From positions 1-56,994 of IMG/VR virus record IMGVR_UViG_3300014613_000030: DNA of 56,994 bases. One strand, written 5' to 3'. The notes under the pieces are model-generated. The model was not told where the DNA came from, searched no databases, and saw only the letters and a list, made by a program, of their open reading frames with translations. Position 1 is the stretch's first letter. Each line of letters opens with the position of its first letter. This document shows, in pieces, positions 54,694 through 56,994 of the stretch. Origin of the DNA: a virus. Lineage: Duplodnaviria > Caudoviricetes. The translations under genes and the position numbers were made by a program.

Positions 54694-54721
54694 ATTATAC
54701 AATATTTTTATACCAATGCAA
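54694..54721 (-). promoter_or_regulatory. Sigma70-type promoter
   Basis: TTGCAT-16 nt-TATAAT upstream of a GGAG RBS. Confidence 0.6.
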
Positions 54722-54730
54722 ACCTCGGAC

Positions 54731-54916
54731 CTATGTTTTTCGCGAGTTATTAATGGTTTTTCTCCTTATTCTAAAAATAGCATTGTTACAGCGTCTTAAT
54801 CTGTTCAAAGCGAGATTCGCTGTGTGATTAGACGCATATATTTTATGGAGTTTCCATCTTGTAAAGACCATTTTATACCAGGGCCTAATCATTTTATATT
54901 CTATGCGTATTTCCAT
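54731..54916 (-). CDS. Small basic protein
   Basis: 61 aa; GGAGGTG upstream. Confidence 0.55.
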   Translation of the reverse strand: MEIRIEYKMIRPWYKMVFTRWKLHKIYASNHTANLALNRLRRCNNAIFRIRRKTINNSRKT

Positions 54917-54995
54917 TACTTATCAAATCACCTCCTCCTTTAAATAATTTTGTTATTCAGTAAATTTATGACTTTTTCTTTTACGCGATAAATGG

Positions 54996-55400
54996 TTAAA
55001 ATTGAGAGCGAATTCTATTGATTTCTTTAACAAGATTTTTACCGGCTTCAGTACTCGATATATCTGTATCTTTTCCTATGGCCTCGATAGTGGCATCAAG
55101 CGCATGTCTTGCAACGTTCAAAAGGTTAGTCCATTGGGTTTCATAGACAAGATCTTCAATGCCCTCTGCTATTTGTTTATTCAATTTAATAATCTTTGCA
55201 GATTGCAAACGACTACAGTGGCCCAAAAGAAACTTGAAATATTCTGCGAGCTTATTTGGATCCTTCATATCTTCTGGATTTTCTTTTATTAATCTATAAA
55301 GAATTTTTGATTCATCAGTTCCAATTTCTGCTAATTGATACAATATATCTTTCATTTTATATTCCTCCTCTCGCTGCTCTAATAGCGATTTCAAGTTCAT
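54996..55400 (-). CDS. Hypothetical protein
   Basis: Probable start MKDIL after GAGGAGG. Confidence 0.65.
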   Translation of the reverse strand: MNLKSLLEQREEEYKMKDILYQLAEIGTDESKILYRLIKENPEDMKDPNKLAEYFKFLLGHCSRLQSAKIIKLNKQIAEGIEDLVYETQWTNLLNVARHALDATIEAIGKDTDISSTEAGKNLVKEINRIRSQF

Positions 55401-55680
55401 TTATTGTTCTGATGCAATAATCTTCATTGTCACCAATTTGCAATAATAGCCGATGGGCCATTATACATGCTTCTAGCAGCAGAGGCGAAGCTGTGAAAAG
55501 ATCGGCATTGGCTATGGTTTCTTCTATATCTGGAAAACCTGTTTTTTCACATGATTCACCATTTAGATAACCTTCAACTCGACATAAGATATGACCCTTT
55601 GAATCCCTTATAAAGATATGGTGCATCCCACCCATATCAAGTGGTTCTCGATGTGTGAACGGTCCTGGTGTATGTCCCAT
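55357..55680 (-). CDS. HTPGP-type small phage protein
   Basis: N-terminal HTPGPF and ANADL..ASP.LLEAC. Confidence 0.75.
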   Translation of the reverse strand: MGHTPGPFTHREPLDMGGMHHIFIRDSKGHILCRVEGYLNGESCEKTGFPDIEETIANADLFTASPLLLEACIMAHRLLLQIGDNEDYCIRTINELEIAIRAARGGI

Positions 55681-55716
55681 TCATTTCACCTCCTTTATTT
55701 AAGAGTCGAACATTCT

Positions 55717-55944
55717 TTACATGGGCTCTATTGTTATCTTCACCAACTCTGACCATCCCTCGACCACCCATGACTTCGCTTCATCAATGAAGGATGTGGT
55801 TGTTCCGTAATGAACGTTTTTCCCTATTTGTCTAACTCCATACATTATCACAGTTTCTTTCACTGGAGTTCGTTGGGCTAAAAGTCTTTTCCTTTCTTCC
55901 ATTTCCAATTTAAGTTTTTCAGTATGTTCTCTTTTCATATTCAT
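55717..55944 (-). CDS. Hypothetical protein
   Basis: Probable start MNMKRE at 55944 after GAGGTG. Confidence 0.6.
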   Translation of the reverse strand: MNMKREHTEKLKLEMEERKRLLAQRTPVKETVIMYGVRQIGKNVHYGTTTSFIDEAKSWVVEGWSELVKITIEPM

Positions 55945-56121
55945 CACCTCTCTTTCTCTTTCAAAATTCAATAATAGTTTTTTATCTATATTCCATATAT
56001 ACGTCCATATACTTATTAGGGATAGGGATAGGGATAAAGTTTGTTTATTCATATAGTGGTAATAGCAGGGTTATACTTTTCTTTCTCCTTTATATTAAGT
56101 ATATTTCAGTAATACAGTTAA

Positions 56122-56360
56122 TTCTTCTTAATATAGGATTCAGTAACTCAGAAGATTAAAAATGAGGAAAAGGGTTCATATCTGAAGACTTAAGATAAAT
56201 TTCTTCTCAATATAGGAGTCAGGAGGTCTGATGACTTAAAACAATAAACTCGGTTCATATCTGATGACTTAAAATAAGATTCTTTGTAACATAGGAGTCA
56301 TATCATAAGATTTAAGACAAGGAAAAGAGTTTATGTCTGAAGACTTAAAACAAGGAAAAA
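56122..56360. repeat. Imperfect ~79-bp tandem repeat (3 copies) with an internal TCTGA(A/T)GACTTAA motif
   Basis: Units start near 56122, 56201 and 56280, each TTCTT..ATAGGA(T/G)TCA..TCTGAWGACTTAA; non-coding. Confidence 0.75.
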
Positions 56361-56411
56361 ATGGAGAGGGAGCCGCCGAGTTCTTTTCCTTACTCTCTAC
56401 CTCCTTTCTGT

Positions 56412-56675
56412 TCATTTCTTCTTACTCTCTGATTTCTCTTCTTCCAACTTCTTTTTAAGGGTTTCTATTAAAGGATATATCCTATTGTACTCTTTCAGAC
56501 GTACTTTTCGTTTCCAACGGTTTATTGTAAACCGTATGGTTACGGTTATTAGTATGCCTAATAGCATTCCAAGGATAAACCAGCCAATAGCGTCGTAGGG
56601 CATCCATAGGAAAAGATGACCTTTGGTTAAAGTAATCATTGTGATCTCCTTTTGGTTATTATTTGTTACTTTCAT
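56412..56675 (-). CDS. Single-TM membrane protein
   Basis: IGWFILGMLLGILITVTI helix; probable start MITLT after AAGGAG. Confidence 0.65.
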   Translation of the reverse strand: MKVTNNNQKEITMITLTKGHLFLWMPYDAIGWFILGMLLGILITVTIRFTINRWKRKVRLKEYNRIYPLIETLKKKLEEEKSESKKK

Positions 56676-56994
56676 TCACTTTTTCCATTTAACCTTGTTA
56701 ACGGGTTATTTACCTAAATCCCATTAGTATCTTGTATCTTTTAGCGATTCAAGAAGGATTTTATTAAGAAATGGTAAGCACCCTGTGCAGAATTATATGA
56801 AAAAATGATGTGATAATGATAGTAATCAAATTTGAATGACTAATTAATTTCAGTGTCCTTCCTTATTTTCTTTTTAGTAATATACCCTATAAATACCCCA
56901 AAAAGAAAAGTTGCGATAGAGAATAAAAAGGTTATAAATATATCATATATCTCTTTATCCATTTTCTAATATACCTCCTTGGAAAGGAGAAAAG

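Larger units (their letters stand above)
1..56994 (-). mobile_element. Fragment of a large dsDNA bacteriophage genome (early, replication and DNA-modification region)
   Basis: One-directional, densely packed genes; many ORFs under 130 aa; self-contained replication/recombination set (DnaE, primase, helicases, RecA, SSB, Mre11, ligase, sigma); no housekeeping operons. Confidence 0.93.

Noticed and set aside
56122-56360. CRISPR or mini-CRISPR array
   Set aside because: Repeats are degenerate, the intervening sequences resemble each other and spacing alternates; no cas genes.
1-56994. tRNA or rRNA genes
   Set aside because: No cloverleaf with T-loop/D-loop consensus was seen in any intergenic gap by eye; a tRNAscan/Infernal run would be decisive.

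Overview
A 57-kb, AT-rich fragment of a large, probably lytic dsDNA bacteriophage. Essentially all real genes lie on the minus strand, tightly packed, with GGAG(G) ribosome-binding sites and standard code 11. No structural, integrase, tRNA or CRISPR genes are visible. In transcription order (right to left): (1) about 38.4-57 kb, many small early/accessory genes, including several paralog pairs, an NAD-dependent ligase, a sigma factor, a small nucleotidyltransferase and a hexapeptide-repeat protein; (2) a non-coding candidate origin at 38.0-38.4 kb; (3) a replication block with SF2 helicase, DnaC-like loader, stand-alone NrdJ TSCPD domain, J-domain protein, family-4 UDG, DnaB-like helicase, vWA protein, divergent adenylosuccinate-synthetase-like ligase, GT9 and primase; (4) a probable DNA base-hypermodification locus: SAM methyltransferase, TAGT/JGT-like GT-A glycosyltransferase overlapping a radical SAM/SPASM gene, up to three DUF2284-like Cys-rich proteins, a SLOG protein and a dUMP-hydroxymethylase-like enzyme; (5) DNA polymerase III alpha split in two by a 233-bp one-gene insertion with no intein; (6) HD nucleotidase, HU, UvsY-like, SSB, RecA and Mre11/SbcD. 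The best candidate novel system is a base-J-like (glycosyl-5hmU) DNA modification further tailored by radical-SAM and methyltransferase chemistry. Next are the intein-free split DnaE, the vWA/PurA-like pair with a remodelled amino-acid pocket, and genes inserted between short direct repeats. The Fe-S-rich content suggests an anaerobic host. All family calls come from motif recognition by eye, not database searches.
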